DNA from: a virus
Taxonomy: Duplodnaviria > Caudoviricetes
DNA length: 64,000 bases
IMG/VR virus record: IMGVR_UViG_3300046786_000293
Location: 224,001-288,000 of that record
Direction: 5' to 3' (one strand)
Below the pieces are notes generated by a model, which was not told the DNA's origin, made no database searches, and saw only the letters and a program-made list of their open reading frames with translations. The translations under genes and the position numbers were made by a program. This document shows, piece after piece, positions 10,846 through 21,326 of the stretch (the first letter of the stretch is position 1; the number at the start of each line of letters is the position of its first letter).

Positions 10846-11778
10846 ATGACTTATGCATCGGGTGGATTAATTCAAGCAAGCGATTTTAACAATCTTGCGG
10901 GCGGTAGCGCAGGCGCCAATGTTAGTGGACAACTTAATTGTGTACTGGGAATTGGTAATCGAGATGTTGGTTATGGCCAAACTACAGTTAGTAACGTTGC
11001 TCAATATAATCGAATTTATGCCACTGATTGGGCTAGCCTTATTAATAAATTAAATTCTGTTCGCCAACATCAAACAGGATCTGGCACAGGAATTACAGCC
11101 CCCAGCACAGGTAATTTGATACAATATATAAGCACTTTAAGTAGTAGTATCACAAGTGCCTATTCTAGTAGACTAAGTTATGCTAGTTCAGGTGCAACTA
11201 CCACAGGATCAGACTTTAATGTTTCTTTTCTTGGCGGTGCCGGGGTATCAAACTTTACTACTGTAACAAGAACTGTAACTTTCGGAACTGATCAAAACGC
11301 ACGTTACTTTTTTAATGCTGGCGGAAGATTAACACTTGTTGCATCTGCAACAAATAACAATGCAACTGCTAGAAGTACTAGTATGGTTACATTACTTGGC
11401 ACAAATTTTGGCAGCAAAAGCATGTATGCAATTACATACGGTAGTAGATCGGGCTCAGGCGGCACTGTAAATCTCGACACAACTACGGGTTCTACTGCCG
11501 GATATTACGGAGCCTCGTCGAGCCCGACATACACTAATCATTGTCTAATTTCTCCTAGCGGCTATTATAGTAGCGACCAACTCGAATATTCTACAGCTAC
11601 CAACTTTGTCGGGCCTTCTCAATACGATGCTAACGGCAACGTTATATATCTAAAATTATATTTGTTTAGCCAAGCAGATGCCGATGCACTCGATGTGACA
11701 GTGACCACAAGAGTCGATATTACACCCCCAGAAACAACATACTTGAGTAACACTTGGGGTAGCATTACTGTAAGTTAA
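10846..11778 (+). CDS. Virion structural protein (short fibre-like), paralog A
   Basis: ATG at 10846 preferred because MTYASGGLIQASDFN aligns with the start of the next gene; Ser/Thr/Gly-rich; ARYFFNAGG motif. Confidence 0.6.
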   Translation: MTYASGGLIQASDFNNLAGGSAGANVSGQLNCVLGIGNRDVGYGQTTVSNVAQYNRIYATDWASLINKLNSVRQHQTGSGTGITAPSTGNLIQYISTLSSSITSAYSSRLSYASSGATTTGSDFNVSFLGGAGVSNFTTVTRTVTFGTDQNARYFFNAGGRLTLVASATNNNATARSTSMVTLLGTNFGSKSMYAITYGSRSGSGGTVNLDTTTGSTAGYYGASSSPTYTNHCLISPSGYYSSDQLEYSTATNFVGPSQYDANGNVIYLKLYLFSQADADALDVTVTTRVDITPPETTYLSNTWGSITVS

Positions 11779-11802
11779 TTCTTTAAAAGTAATAAGTATA
11801 GT

Positions 11803-12732
11803 ATGACTTATTCATCAGGCGGATTAATTCAAGCAGCAGATTTTAACGGATTTGCAGGGACAACCCAAGTTGGATCCGCAGCCACGATAAATCAAATTTG
11901 GGGCATTGGTACTGGTAATTGCGGATACGGACAATCGCCGATTGCAACAGTAAGTGCAGGCGGAACAGTCGCAGCAACAAACTGGGCATCATTGATTAAT
12001 ACCCTTAATATTATAAGGAACCATCAGACTGGTTCAGGCTCGGGCATTAGTGCGCCAAGTGCAGGCAGTACAGTTACCTATTTGAGTACTCTGAGTACTC
12101 AAATTAGTTCCGCTTACACTGCCAGAAACAGTTATGCTACCACCGGGCTAGATATTACCAGTACAAAAACTTTAACTATGAATGCAACAGCAAGTGTTGC
12201 ATCTTCTGCCTCGGCAACCTGGACAGTGACTTTTGGAAGTGTTGATCAGGCTAGATACTTTTTTAATGCCGGCGGCCATATATTCATCTATTATGGTACA
12301 TTTACCAACATTGGCGCTACTGCTAGAGGTACAAGTATTAATACATTATGTCAAACAAACTACCTGTACAAAGTTCTTTACGCTAACTCGATGAGTATAC
12401 GGCAAGGTTCCGGTGGTACTGTGGTGACAGACACTACTGGTACAGGATATTATACGCTACCTACAGGTGCAACGCAATATTTAAGAATCAATAGTACTAG
12501 TTACTATTCGGGCGATTATTGTTATCTAAACATTAACACCAACGGCGGCGCCGGTTCTTATGGTGCAAATGGTAATATAATAACAATAACTTTTGGAGCC
12601 TATAGTGCTACTACAGGATCGACCCAGCCGTCGGATGCAATTAATATAACTCAAAATATGATATGCTATGTCCGACGACCAGAAACCAGTACTGGTTTAA
12701 CTAGTAGTTGGGGTACTCCAACAATCGCTTGA
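11803..12732 (+). CDS. Virion structural protein (short fibre-like), paralog B
   Basis: MTYSSGGLIQAADFN, HQTGSGSGISAPS and ARYFFNAGG shared with 10846..11778. Confidence 0.6.
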   Translation: MTYSSGGLIQAADFNGFAGTTQVGSAATINQIWGIGTGNCGYGQSPIATVSAGGTVAATNWASLINTLNIIRNHQTGSGSGISAPSAGSTVTYLSTLSTQISSAYTARNSYATTGLDITSTKTLTMNATASVASSASATWTVTFGSVDQARYFFNAGGHIFIYYGTFTNIGATARGTSINTLCQTNYLYKVLYANSMSIRQGSGGTVVTDTTGTGYYTLPTGATQYLRINSTSYYSGDYCYLNINTNGGAGSYGANGNIITITFGAYSATTGSTQPSDAINITQNMICYVRRPETSTGLTSSWGTPTIA

Positions 12733-12757
12733 CATTTCAATTAGTGTATAGTAATAT
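12729..12757 (+). promoter_or_regulatory. sigma70-like promoter
   Basis: TTGACA-17 nt-TAATAT ahead of the glycosyltransferase operon. Confidence 0.7.
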
Positions 12758-12778
12758 ATACATTATTTTACTCATATT

Positions 12779-13093
12779 ATGTCAGACCTTGAAGAAATTG
12801 TAAACGAAGTCAAAAGAGCAACTGATTATCAAATCAACAAAAAGATGCTCAAAGAACGAATTCTAACCGAATTGCATTTGCCTTATAATAACGGATTGTT
12901 TAAAATTACACCAGAATTATTGGCTTTTGCAGCAACATGGCCCACTGAAGTGTTTTATCTTGAAGATGTTTATCAAAATCCAATTGAAATCGATAAACAA
13001 GTATTTTTAGTTAAAGCACAACAGCACTATCAAAGCGTAATGAACAACTGGCACGATCAACACAATGAACTCAAACGTATACGAAAAATCTAA
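12779..13093 (+). CDS. Hypothetical protein
   Basis: 104-aa ORF after a sigma70-like promoter, overlapping the next gene. Confidence 0.65.
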   Translation: MSDLEEIVNEVKRATDYQINKKMLKERILTELHLPYNNGLFKITPELLAFAATWPTEVFYLEDVYQNPIEIDKQVFLVKAQQHYQSVMNNWHDQHNELKRIRKI

Positions 13094-13889
13094 AGGTGTT
13101 CTGCTTTTCGCATTTAATAGTGCCAGAGTTAATTATGTTAACATTGCAGATCAAACTAGTCAACTAATAGAAAAGCATTTAAAACTACCAATTACGTTGG
13201 TGACCGATCATGATGCAGAACCGAAATTTAATTATGATCGTATTATTAGAGCATCGTCAAAATCTGGCAATACTCGCAATGATCGAGAAAACAATCAATA
13301 TGAGTGGAAAAATTTAGATAGATATATGGCTTACGAATTAAGTCCATATGATACTACTTTATTGTGCGATGTAGATTATGCAGTATTTGATACAAGTCTC
13401 TTAAAATTATTTGATCAAGACTATGACTATAAGTTGATGTATCATACACAAACGCCTAAGGAATTTAATAATGATGAAATGGGCCCAGTTAGTTTACCAA
13501 TGGTTTGGGCTACTGTAGTTATTTTTAAAAAGACCAATCGCGCAAAAATATTTTTCGACTTAATTGGTCGTATTCAACGTAATTATAATTACTATAGGTT
13601 GTTATTTAAAATTAGAGATGGCAATTATCGAAATGATTTTGCATTTAGCATGGCTAATATTATTTCTAACGGATATACGATTCCGGAAGAAAATAATATT
13701 CCTTGGACAATGACTACCATAGATAAAAATATAGATACTGCCGAATTGAAAAATAACTTTATAGTTATAAAATATAAAGATACTACAACAGCAGATGTAT
13801 TATCAAAACAAAATTTACATATAATGGATAAAAATTTTCTAGTTAGTGAACAGTTTAAATCTATAGTAGATAAGGTTTGCAATGAGTAA
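13065..13889 (+). CDS. GT-A fold glycosyltransferase-like protein (GT8-like)
   Basis: LSPYDTTLLCDVDY (DxD) and following VVIFKK strand; paralog of next gene. Confidence 0.55.
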   Translation: MNSNVYEKSKGVLLFAFNSARVNYVNIADQTSQLIEKHLKLPITLVTDHDAEPKFNYDRIIRASSKSGNTRNDRENNQYEWKNLDRYMAYELSPYDTTLLCDVDYAVFDTSLLKLFDQDYDYKLMYHTQTPKEFNNDEMGPVSLPMVWATVVIFKKTNRAKIFFDLIGRIQRNYNYYRLLFKIRDGNYRNDFAFSMANIISNGYTIPEENNIPWTMTTIDKNIDTAELKNNFIVIKYKDTTTADVLSKQNLHIMDKNFLVSEQFKSIVDKVCNE

Positions 13890-14721
13890 AGGATTTTTAA
13901 CAATTGCACAAAACACTTCGGAAGTAGATTATCTACGACTTGCATACCTACAAGCATTAAATGTCAAATCCACTCATCCCGGTGCCAAATATGCAGTAAT
14001 TGTTGATCCTGCAACTGCTAAAACATTAACTAATAGAAATAAAAAAATATTTGATCATGTTCTTACATTTGACCAGGACAATAGTGAACACAGTGACTGG
14101 AAATTGGGCAACGAATATAAAGTATTTAAATTAAGTCCTTTTAAAGAAACTATTAAAGTTGAAAGTGATTTATTGTTTACTAGAAATATAGATCATTGGT
14201 TAACTGCATTCAGGTTACAACCCATTGTACTTAGTACAGGATGTAAAACATATAGACAAGAACTAGCAACATATAGAGGTTATAGAAAGTTCTTCGATGA
14301 TAATAATTTACCCGATATATACCAAGGTTTAATGTATTTCAAGTATAGCCAAATTGCTAGTTCATTTTTTCTAACTGCACAAAGGGTATATAGAAATTGG
14401 GAATATTTAAAAAATAATGTTCTTAAAAATTGTAGAGAGAGGGAACCTAGTACAGATGTATTATATGCAGTTACCGCACAGATATTCGGAGTAGAAAATT
14501 GTACATTACCGTCTATGGATTTTATAAATTTTGTACACCTTAAACCTGGAATTAATGGGTGGGGAAATACTAGCACGAGTTGGAGAGAAATTGTAAACTA
14601 CGAACAAGAAGGAGATATGATCAGAGTCTTTAATCTAAATCAGTATAATCCTGTACATTACTATGATAAATCATTTGCTACAGAGGAACTAATAGAATAT
14701 TATGAACAAAGAATCTCATGA
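13882..14721 (+). CDS. GT-A fold glycosyltransferase-like protein (GT8-like)
   Basis: LSPFKETIKVESDLLF, GLMYFK and late H motif (FVHLKP); coupled to upstream paralog. Confidence 0.55.
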   Translation: MSKGFLTIAQNTSEVDYLRLAYLQALNVKSTHPGAKYAVIVDPATAKTLTNRNKKIFDHVLTFDQDNSEHSDWKLGNEYKVFKLSPFKETIKVESDLLFTRNIDHWLTAFRLQPIVLSTGCKTYRQELATYRGYRKFFDDNNLPDIYQGLMYFKYSQIASSFFLTAQRVYRNWEYLKNNVLKNCREREPSTDVLYAVTAQIFGVENCTLPSMDFINFVHLKPGINGWGNTSTSWREIVNYEQEGDMIRVFNLNQYNPVHYYDKSFATEELIEYYEQRIS

Positions 14722-15085
14722 CACTAATTGGCAAGCACTAATTGCCGCATTTGACACTGGCCTGATAAAACCAGTTAAAGAGTTAATTCGAGAATACCGA
14801 TTTTATTACGACGAAAATGGTAATATAACACAAACATCTGACTGTAATTGGAATCATCCAGAATCTGGCAATTATGTAGTTGTTGACGAAATAATATTTA
14901 AAGATTGGGGAAAATATAGAGTTCGTAACGGGCAAGCGGAATTAAAACCCACAGATCCAACCACCGAAGTTCAGTTAAAGAAAAGTGATTCGGGTTATCG
15001 AGTTGTAAAAAATAATCCGGCAATTCTATTAGAAGATAACGAAAACTTAGAAAATACAGAACATTATGACCGTAGAAATAGTTGA
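14702..15085 (+). CDS. Hypothetical protein
   Basis: 127-aa ORF overlapping both neighbours. Confidence 0.6.
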   Translation: MNKESHDTNWQALIAAFDTGLIKPVKELIREYRFYYDENGNITQTSDCNWNHPESGNYVVVDEIIFKDWGKYRVRNGQAELKPTDPTTEVQLKKSDSGYRVVKNNPAILLEDNENLENTEHYDRRNS

Positions 15086-15983
15086 TGTTGCAAGTTTAGA
15101 TTGTATATTTTTAACTTATGACGAACCAAAAAAAGAGGAGTTTTGGATTAAAATTCAAAACATGGTTCCCTGGGCCCTACGTGTGGACGGCATCAAGGGA
15201 TCTGATGCGGCCCACAAAGCCGCAGCTGATGCATCGTCTACGGACCGCTTTGTCCTCATCGATGGGGATAACTTGCCCGATCCAGATTTTTTTAATCTCC
15301 AATTACGCTTGGACGATAGTAATCGTGACTGTGTGTTTAGGTGGAAAGCACGTAATCACATTAACGGACTAATGTACGGTAACGGTGGCATCAGTTGCTG
15401 GACTAAAGATTATGTCTACAATATGCGTACACATGAGGCTACTGACGGCCGCAACGAAACTCTAGTAGAGTTTTGCTTTCACCCCAAATACATTCCCATG
15501 CACGATTGTTACAGCACGACGTATCCTAACGCAACCCCACAACAAGCATGGCGAGCAGGATTCCGCGAAGGGGTTAAGATGTGTCTTGATCGTGGGCGCC
15601 GACCGACACTACAAGAATTTGAGCAACAGGTACAGAAACGTAACTATGACCATTTGTGTATTTGGCAGAGTGTGGGTCGTGATGTGAACAACGGTGAGTG
15701 GGCAATCTACGGAGCAAGGTTAGGCACGTACTTAACCATGCTCACTGAGTGGGATTATACTGAAGTTCAAGACTTCGATAAGTTAAACAAAATTTGGGAA
15801 AATTTTGAACATGATGAACCACTAGGAATGACTGAACAATTAAAGAAAAGACTAGGATTACCTATTGTTGATTTAGATGCCAGTCAAAGTGCTTTCTTTA
15901 AACATCATTATACAAGAGCACATAAAAATCTAGGAACAACTATGACGGAAATGGATGTTATTAGGAAACTAGAAGGATGGTAA
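15066..15983 (+). CDS. Nucleotide-diphospho-sugar transferase-like protein (GT-A)
   Basis: FLTYDEP, FVLIDGDN (DxD), YGNGG and AWRAGFREGVK; resembles the C-terminal half of 28698..30374. Confidence 0.55.
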   Translation: MTVEIVDVASLDCIFLTYDEPKKEEFWIKIQNMVPWALRVDGIKGSDAAHKAAADASSTDRFVLIDGDNLPDPDFFNLQLRLDDSNRDCVFRWKARNHINGLMYGNGGISCWTKDYVYNMRTHEATDGRNETLVEFCFHPKYIPMHDCYSTTYPNATPQQAWRAGFREGVKMCLDRGRRPTLQEFEQQVQKRNYDHLCIWQSVGRDVNNGEWAIYGARLGTYLTMLTEWDYTEVQDFDKLNKIWENFEHDEPLGMTEQLKKRLGLPIVDLDASQSAFFKHHYTRAHKNLGTTMTEMDVIRKLEGW

Positions 15984-16188
15984 AGTTATTGGTTAACGGA
16001 TGCAGTTTTAGTAGAGGACCTGGTTCTTGGCCGTATCAGTTACAGAATCTATTAGAGTTTGATCTTGTAAATCTTGCACAAGATTTGCAGAAGATGACAT
16101 ACATCCTGGAATTAATGCACATAAAGAATGGGCACAAGTTTTAAAAAGTCATATCATTCAAAATATCAAATTATATGAAAGTAGTTAA
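15977..16188 (+). pseudogene. Internally deleted SGNH-hydrolase-like gene
   Basis: Frame from 15977 gives MVKLLVNGCSFSRGPGSWPYQLQNLLEFDLVNLAQ (SGNH block I) and stops at 16144; another frame from 16081 gives RFAEDDIHPGINAHKEWAQVL (DxxHP block V) to 16188. The middle of the protein is missing. Confidence 0.7.
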
Positions 16189-17143
16189 TCTTCCTAATAT
16201 AGATTCTAAAATTTGGAATTTAGAACATAAAGTTTTAGATATAGTTTCCGCATTAATGACAGGAGATAATCTTGTCATCACTCTTAATAACGAAGGAGTA
16301 TGTGCAGAGTCTGTGGGTTTATATAAACTACTAGACGATATAAGTGAACGATTTCAAATTGATCCCAAGAAGATTTCAATTGAGACGGCAAATGCCATAG
16401 AAAAAAGCGACAAGTATAAAATCCTGCACTCTTCAATGGTACACTTGGCAAATCATAGACGTCTTCAATTTGAAAGCAATAAATCTTTTAATAAGGATTT
16501 AAAACATTTTGGTATTTTTATCGGAAGAAGTAATTGGAATAGATTATACCTTGCGGCAACAATTTTCAAAAACTTTAAAGAAAAATCCATTCTATCGTTT
16601 CATTATAACACAGATGTTAAAGATACTAACTGTGGATTCGATGCGCTTAGTTTTTTTATAGGAACAGATAATACAACAAAATTATGCAATGATTTATTAA
16701 GTCAATTTCCAATCAAACTAGATGTGGTTGATCAATATCCTATAGTAAATCCTGCATACTTTAATATTTTAAAAAAATACAACAACATTTTTTTAGATGT
16801 AGTTTGTGAAACCTACTTTACAGGTAATACATTTTTTCCAACTGAAAAAACTGTTAGGCCATTGGTATCATCTACGCCTTTTTTATTATTCGGACCAAAA
16901 CACTATCTGTCCAATTTGAAAAAATTAGGATTTAAAACATTTAGCGATTACTGGTCTGAAGATTATGATAACCATGATAAGTTATACAGGGTTCAGGAAA
17001 TAGAAAAGATATTAGTGCAGTTATCCGATAAGTCTATATCAGAGTTAGAAATCATGTATAATCATATGTTACCTATTCTGGAACACAACAAGAATCTGTT
17101 AACAGAAATAACAGAAAAGAAATTTTATGACCAATTTAAATAA
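16175..17143 (+). CDS. Glycosyltransferase-like protein (GT10/exostosin-like C-terminus)
   Basis: CETY...FPTEKT-RP...PFLLFG...LKKLGFKTF...YD pattern. Confidence 0.5.
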   Translation: MKVVNLPNIDSKIWNLEHKVLDIVSALMTGDNLVITLNNEGVCAESVGLYKLLDDISERFQIDPKKISIETANAIEKSDKYKILHSSMVHLANHRRLQFESNKSFNKDLKHFGIFIGRSNWNRLYLAATIFKNFKEKSILSFHYNTDVKDTNCGFDALSFFIGTDNTTKLCNDLLSQFPIKLDVVDQYPIVNPAYFNILKKYNNIFLDVVCETYFTGNTFFPTEKTVRPLVSSTPFLLFGPKHYLSNLKKLGFKTFSDYWSEDYDNHDKLYRVQEIEKILVQLSDKSISELEIMYNHMLPILEHNKNLLTEITEKKFYDQFK

Positions 17144-18527
17144 GAGCGTGTTTTTAACCGGGGCAGAAGATGCTAAACAACGCCTGGGCCATTCTCTTTG
17201 TCTAGCCAAATGGAAACAAGTTAGCTTGCATTTAACAACCGGCCAAACAAACAGTTGTTATCATCCTCCTTTGCATCAAATACCTGCCGACCTATTAAAA
17301 GATAATCCCAGCGCATTACATAATACCCCTTACAAAAAGGAACAACGTAAGATTATGCTCAAACAAGAGCGTCCTATTGAATGTAGTTATTGTTGGACGC
17401 AAGAAGATTTAGGCAACCTAAGTGACAGACATTATCGAAGCGGTGAGCCATGGGCAGCAAAAGATTTTGATACAATCGTAAACAGTACAGGAGATGAAGA
17501 TGCAATACCCAGTTATGTGGAGGTCAATTTTAATCACGCTTGTAACCTTATGTGTAGTTATTGTAGCCCTCAGTTTAGCAGCAGTTGGGCTGACGAAGTT
17601 GCTAGGCACGGAGCATATCCCACTAGTCGTCCTCACAATGACCCCAGTCACTTTACTGGTAATAGAAAACCTATCCCCGCTCGTGAGCACAATCCATACG
17701 TTGATGCGTTTTGGGAGTGGTGGCCCACATTGTATCCTGAGCTAGAACATTTTAGGATGACCGGAGGAGAGCCTCTGATGGACAAAAATACATATCGTGT
17801 ATTTGATTACGTATTAGAAAATCCCAGTCCTAAACTGCACTTAAATGTGACCAGCAATTTTAGTGTAGAGCCCGAATTATTTGAAAAGTATCTAACCTAT
17901 GTAAAACGTTTATGTACCAATGAACCTAAGTACATAGAACATTTTATGCAATATGTAAGTTTAGACAGTACATTCGCTCAAGCAGAATATACTAGACATG
18001 GTTTAAACTTTGAACGACTTTGGGAAAATGTGAACAGATTCTTAAATGAAGTTCCTACTCGTAGCAGTCTAACATTTATTATTACTATGAATAACTTGAA
18101 TGTTACAGGATTTCAAAGTTTAATTAATAGTATATACGGACTAAGACAAATCTATAGTAAAACCTATCAACGTGTATGGTTCGATACTCCTATATTACGT
18201 AAACCAGAATGGCAAAGTTTACAATTGCTACCAGAAAGCTACGTTGACATGTTAGAAACTACATGGGCATTTATGGTCGCCAAAATGGAACAACCAGAAA
18301 ATCCTTACAAAGGTTTTAAAGACTACGAAGCACATAGACTGCAACGTGTTATCGATTGGATGAGAGAAGGTAGCAAATTAGATCCTGAATATGTTAAACT
18401 ACAGAAAGCTAATTTTTATCAATTTTTCAATGAACACGACAGACGTCGCGGGACAAACTTTGTAACTACGTTTCCCGAAATGATAGAATTTTGGAAAGAA
18501 TGTAAGTACTATGCCCAGACAAAATAA
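17127..18527 (+). CDS. Radical SAM protein with N-terminal SPASM/twitch-like domain (1 of 5)
   Basis: CNLMCSYC (CX3CX2C), TGGEP; N-terminal CLAKW...SCYH...ECSYCW. Confidence 0.85.
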   Translation: MTNLNKSVFLTGAEDAKQRLGHSLCLAKWKQVSLHLTTGQTNSCYHPPLHQIPADLLKDNPSALHNTPYKKEQRKIMLKQERPIECSYCWTQEDLGNLSDRHYRSGEPWAAKDFDTIVNSTGDEDAIPSYVEVNFNHACNLMCSYCSPQFSSSWADEVARHGAYPTSRPHNDPSHFTGNRKPIPAREHNPYVDAFWEWWPTLYPELEHFRMTGGEPLMDKNTYRVFDYVLENPSPKLHLNVTSNFSVEPELFEKYLTYVKRLCTNEPKYIEHFMQYVSLDSTFAQAEYTRHGLNFERLWENVNRFLNEVPTRSSLTFIITMNNLNVTGFQSLINSIYGLRQIYSKTYQRVWFDTPILRKPEWQSLQLLPESYVDMLETTWAFMVAKMEQPENPYKGFKDYEAHRLQRVIDWMREGSKLDPEYVKLQKANFYQFFNEHDRRRGTNFVTTFPEMIEFWKECKYYAQTK

Positions 18528-19860
18528 CGAAACAGAGTTAGAATATAAACGTAGAGTAATCGACATCAAAAGTGAATCATTCTGCGGAGCCAAATGGTAT
18601 AATGCTACTATATGGTTAGGATCAGGCATGACTACAAGTTGTCATCATCCGTTACCTCACAAAGTTGAAATAGAGGATGTTGTTCGTAATCCAAAAGCAT
18701 TACATAATACCCAGCGTAAGAAAATGGAGCGCGAGCAAATGCAACGGGGTGAACGCCCAAGCGGCTGTGAATACTGTTGGAAAATCGAAGACATGGGCCG
18801 CGACGCAGTAAGCGATCGAGTATACAAAACAGTTATCTATGATGATAAGGATTTGAATTATGCGTATGCAACACCTGCGAGCACTGACATCGACTTGCAG
18901 ACTCTTGAAATTGCTTTTGATCGTACTTGTCAGTTTGCTTGCAGTTACTGCAATCCTGCGTTTAGTAGTACCTGGGTAAATGACATTAAACGTAGTGGAC
19001 CCTATACCGGGCTCACTAGCGACGGTCGTAACCACTTTACACATATTCATGATAGCAGTCAACTTTATAAATTTGGAGAATCAAATCCGTATGTTGAAGC
19101 ATTTCATAAGTGGTGGGAATCGGATTTACATAAAACATTAAAAGAACTACGCATTACAGGTGGTGAACCTTTAATGAGTGGAGAAACTTGGAAACTATTA
19201 GATTGGTTTAAAGCCAATAAAGGTAAAAGTCAAACTAGACTGGCTATCAATAGCAACTTAGGTAAAGAAATAGATATTGACAGATTGCTTGATAGTATTG
19301 ATGGATTAGAAGTTGACTTGTATACTAGCAACGAAAGTATGACAGGTCAGGCAGAATATATTCGTGATGGGTTGGACTGGCAGGCCTGGATTAACAATAT
19401 TCATAAACTATCACAAAGCAAAAAGCTACGCGGTCTACATGTCATGTGTACGATTAATGCATTGTGTTTAGATTCGTTGCCTGAATTTTTAGATTACATT
19501 GTCGCAGCCAAAGAAACTTATGGCAGAGACTTTCCAAACTTCACGTTAAATATTTTGCGATTCCCTAGTTTTCAAAGTCCTTTGGTGCTGCCTGATGATA
19601 TTAGAACTAAGTATAAAGATAACTTATCGCAGTGGTTAGTTAAACATAAAGGCTATAACTATTTGCATGAGCATGAAATTAATCATGTATCAAGATTAAT
19701 TGATTATTTGGATGTAGTAAAAACTCCACACAGTGACGCATTTGATTTGCCCGCGTTACGTAATGATTTTAAACAATTTTATCAACAATACGATCAGCGT
19801 AGAAATAAAGATTTTAGTAAAACATTTCCTAATCTAGTAGATTGGTACCAAACACTATGA
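18511..19860 (+). CDS. Radical SAM protein with N-terminal SPASM/twitch-like domain (2 of 5)
   Basis: CQFACSYC, TGGEP; CGAKW...SCHH...GCEYCW. Confidence 0.85.
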   Translation: MPRQNNETELEYKRRVIDIKSESFCGAKWYNATIWLGSGMTTSCHHPLPHKVEIEDVVRNPKALHNTQRKKMEREQMQRGERPSGCEYCWKIEDMGRDAVSDRVYKTVIYDDKDLNYAYATPASTDIDLQTLEIAFDRTCQFACSYCNPAFSSTWVNDIKRSGPYTGLTSDGRNHFTHIHDSSQLYKFGESNPYVEAFHKWWESDLHKTLKELRITGGEPLMSGETWKLLDWFKANKGKSQTRLAINSNLGKEIDIDRLLDSIDGLEVDLYTSNESMTGQAEYIRDGLDWQAWINNIHKLSQSKKLRGLHVMCTINALCLDSLPEFLDYIVAAKETYGRDFPNFTLNILRFPSFQSPLVLPDDIRTKYKDNLSQWLVKHKGYNYLHEHEINHVSRLIDYLDVVKTPHSDAFDLPALRNDFKQFYQQYDQRRNKDFSKTFPNLVDWYQTL

Positions 19861-21326
19861 GTAAAGATTTTTATAATAAGGGCTATGACTATAATGCTCG
19901 TAAACCCTATTTTATCGACGAAAATAAACTGACAGATCATCAAACGTTTTTATTAACTGAAAGTAAAACATTTTGTATGATGCCGTGGGTTCATATGCAT
20001 GCCTTTCCCGACGGTCGTGCATATCCCTGTTGCCTAAGTGATTATTGGCATCCAGTTGGAAATTTACGTAAGAATACCATGGAAGAAGTATGGAATCAGC
20101 AGCCGTACAAAACCATGCGTATTAACATGCTCAATGAGAAAAAATGTAAAGAATGTACTAAATGTTACGAACAAGAAGAAAATGGTTTTTTCAGTATGCG
20201 TAACGATGCAAACAGAAACTATGGTCATCATATAAAAGAAGTAAATGCTACCCAAGATGATGGCACAAATCCTGAATTTAAAATTAGATATTGGGATGTG
20301 CGTTTTAGCAATCTTTGCAATTTCCGCTGCCGTACCTGCGGTCCTATATTCAGCACTAACTGGTACAACGATCATGTTAAGTTATATAATACACATCCAG
20401 ACGTTCTCGGTCGTCCAATGGAAAGAGTAGAGTATACCACTGGCAACGAAGATAGTATGATAGCTCAGATGGAAGAACATATTCCATATCTTGAACAAGT
20501 ATATTTTGCTGGCGGTGAACCTCTTATAATGAAAGAGCATTATTATCTACTTGAAAAACTAATAGAAGCAGGTAAAACAGATGTTCGTATTCAATATAAT
20601 ACAAATTTCAGTGAGCTAAGATTTAAAGACAAACATGTATTTGATTATTGGAAACACTTTAAAAATATTAGTGTTGGTGCAAGTCTTGATGCCAGCGGAG
20701 CACGAGCAGAACTTATGAGAAAAGGAACAGACTGGAACCAAACCATTGAAAATCGCAAACGTATGATGGTTGAAGTGCCGCACGTTGATTTTTATGTTGC
20801 GGCAACAGTTAGTTCTATGAATGTACTACATGTATTAGATTTTCATAAAGAATGGGTAGAGTTAGGTTTAATTCAAGCTAAGGATTTTAATATTAACCTA
20901 TGTCAAAGTCCGGATTGGTATCGCCCTAATATTTTCCCATTGTGGTTTAAAGAGCAAGTAATTAAACCGAAATACGAAAAACATATAGAGTGGTTGGAAG
21001 CAAATGATAATTTGCGTAGAGCTACCAACGGGTTTAAGTCCTTGTTAAAATTTATTTTTACTGATAATTTGTCTAAGAAAGTAGAGATACATGAATTTGA
21101 ATATGAATCTCACAAGGGCGGTGATTGGCCGTCGTGGGAAGACTTCCAACTTGGAAAAAGAACTAATCTCGAACACATAAATTCTGAAATTGAAGAGTTT
21201 GTTCGTCGATTTGAAAAAACAAAAGAATTTGTAGAATTTGAAGATCAGATAAAAAGTTTAGATAATGCCAGAAACGAAGATTTCTGGAAAACATTTCCTG
21301 AATTTAATTTATTAAAAATAAAATGA
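19842..21326 (+). CDS. Radical SAM protein with N-terminal SPASM/twitch-like domain (3 of 5)
   Basis: CNFRCRTC, AGGEP; CMMPW...YPCC...ECTKC. Confidence 0.85.
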   Translation: MVPNTMSKDFYNKGYDYNARKPYFIDENKLTDHQTFLLTESKTFCMMPWVHMHAFPDGRAYPCCLSDYWHPVGNLRKNTMEEVWNQQPYKTMRINMLNEKKCKECTKCYEQEENGFFSMRNDANRNYGHHIKEVNATQDDGTNPEFKIRYWDVRFSNLCNFRCRTCGPIFSTNWYNDHVKLYNTHPDVLGRPMERVEYTTGNEDSMIAQMEEHIPYLEQVYFAGGEPLIMKEHYYLLEKLIEAGKTDVRIQYNTNFSELRFKDKHVFDYWKHFKNISVGASLDASGARAELMRKGTDWNQTIENRKRMMVEVPHVDFYVAATVSSMNVLHVLDFHKEWVELGLIQAKDFNINLCQSPDWYRPNIFPLWFKEQVIKPKYEKHIEWLEANDNLRRATNGFKSLLKFIFTDNLSKKVEIHEFEYESHKGGDWPSWEDFQLGKRTNLEHINSEIEEFVRRFEKTKEFVEFEDQIKSLDNARNEDFWKTFPEFNLLKIK

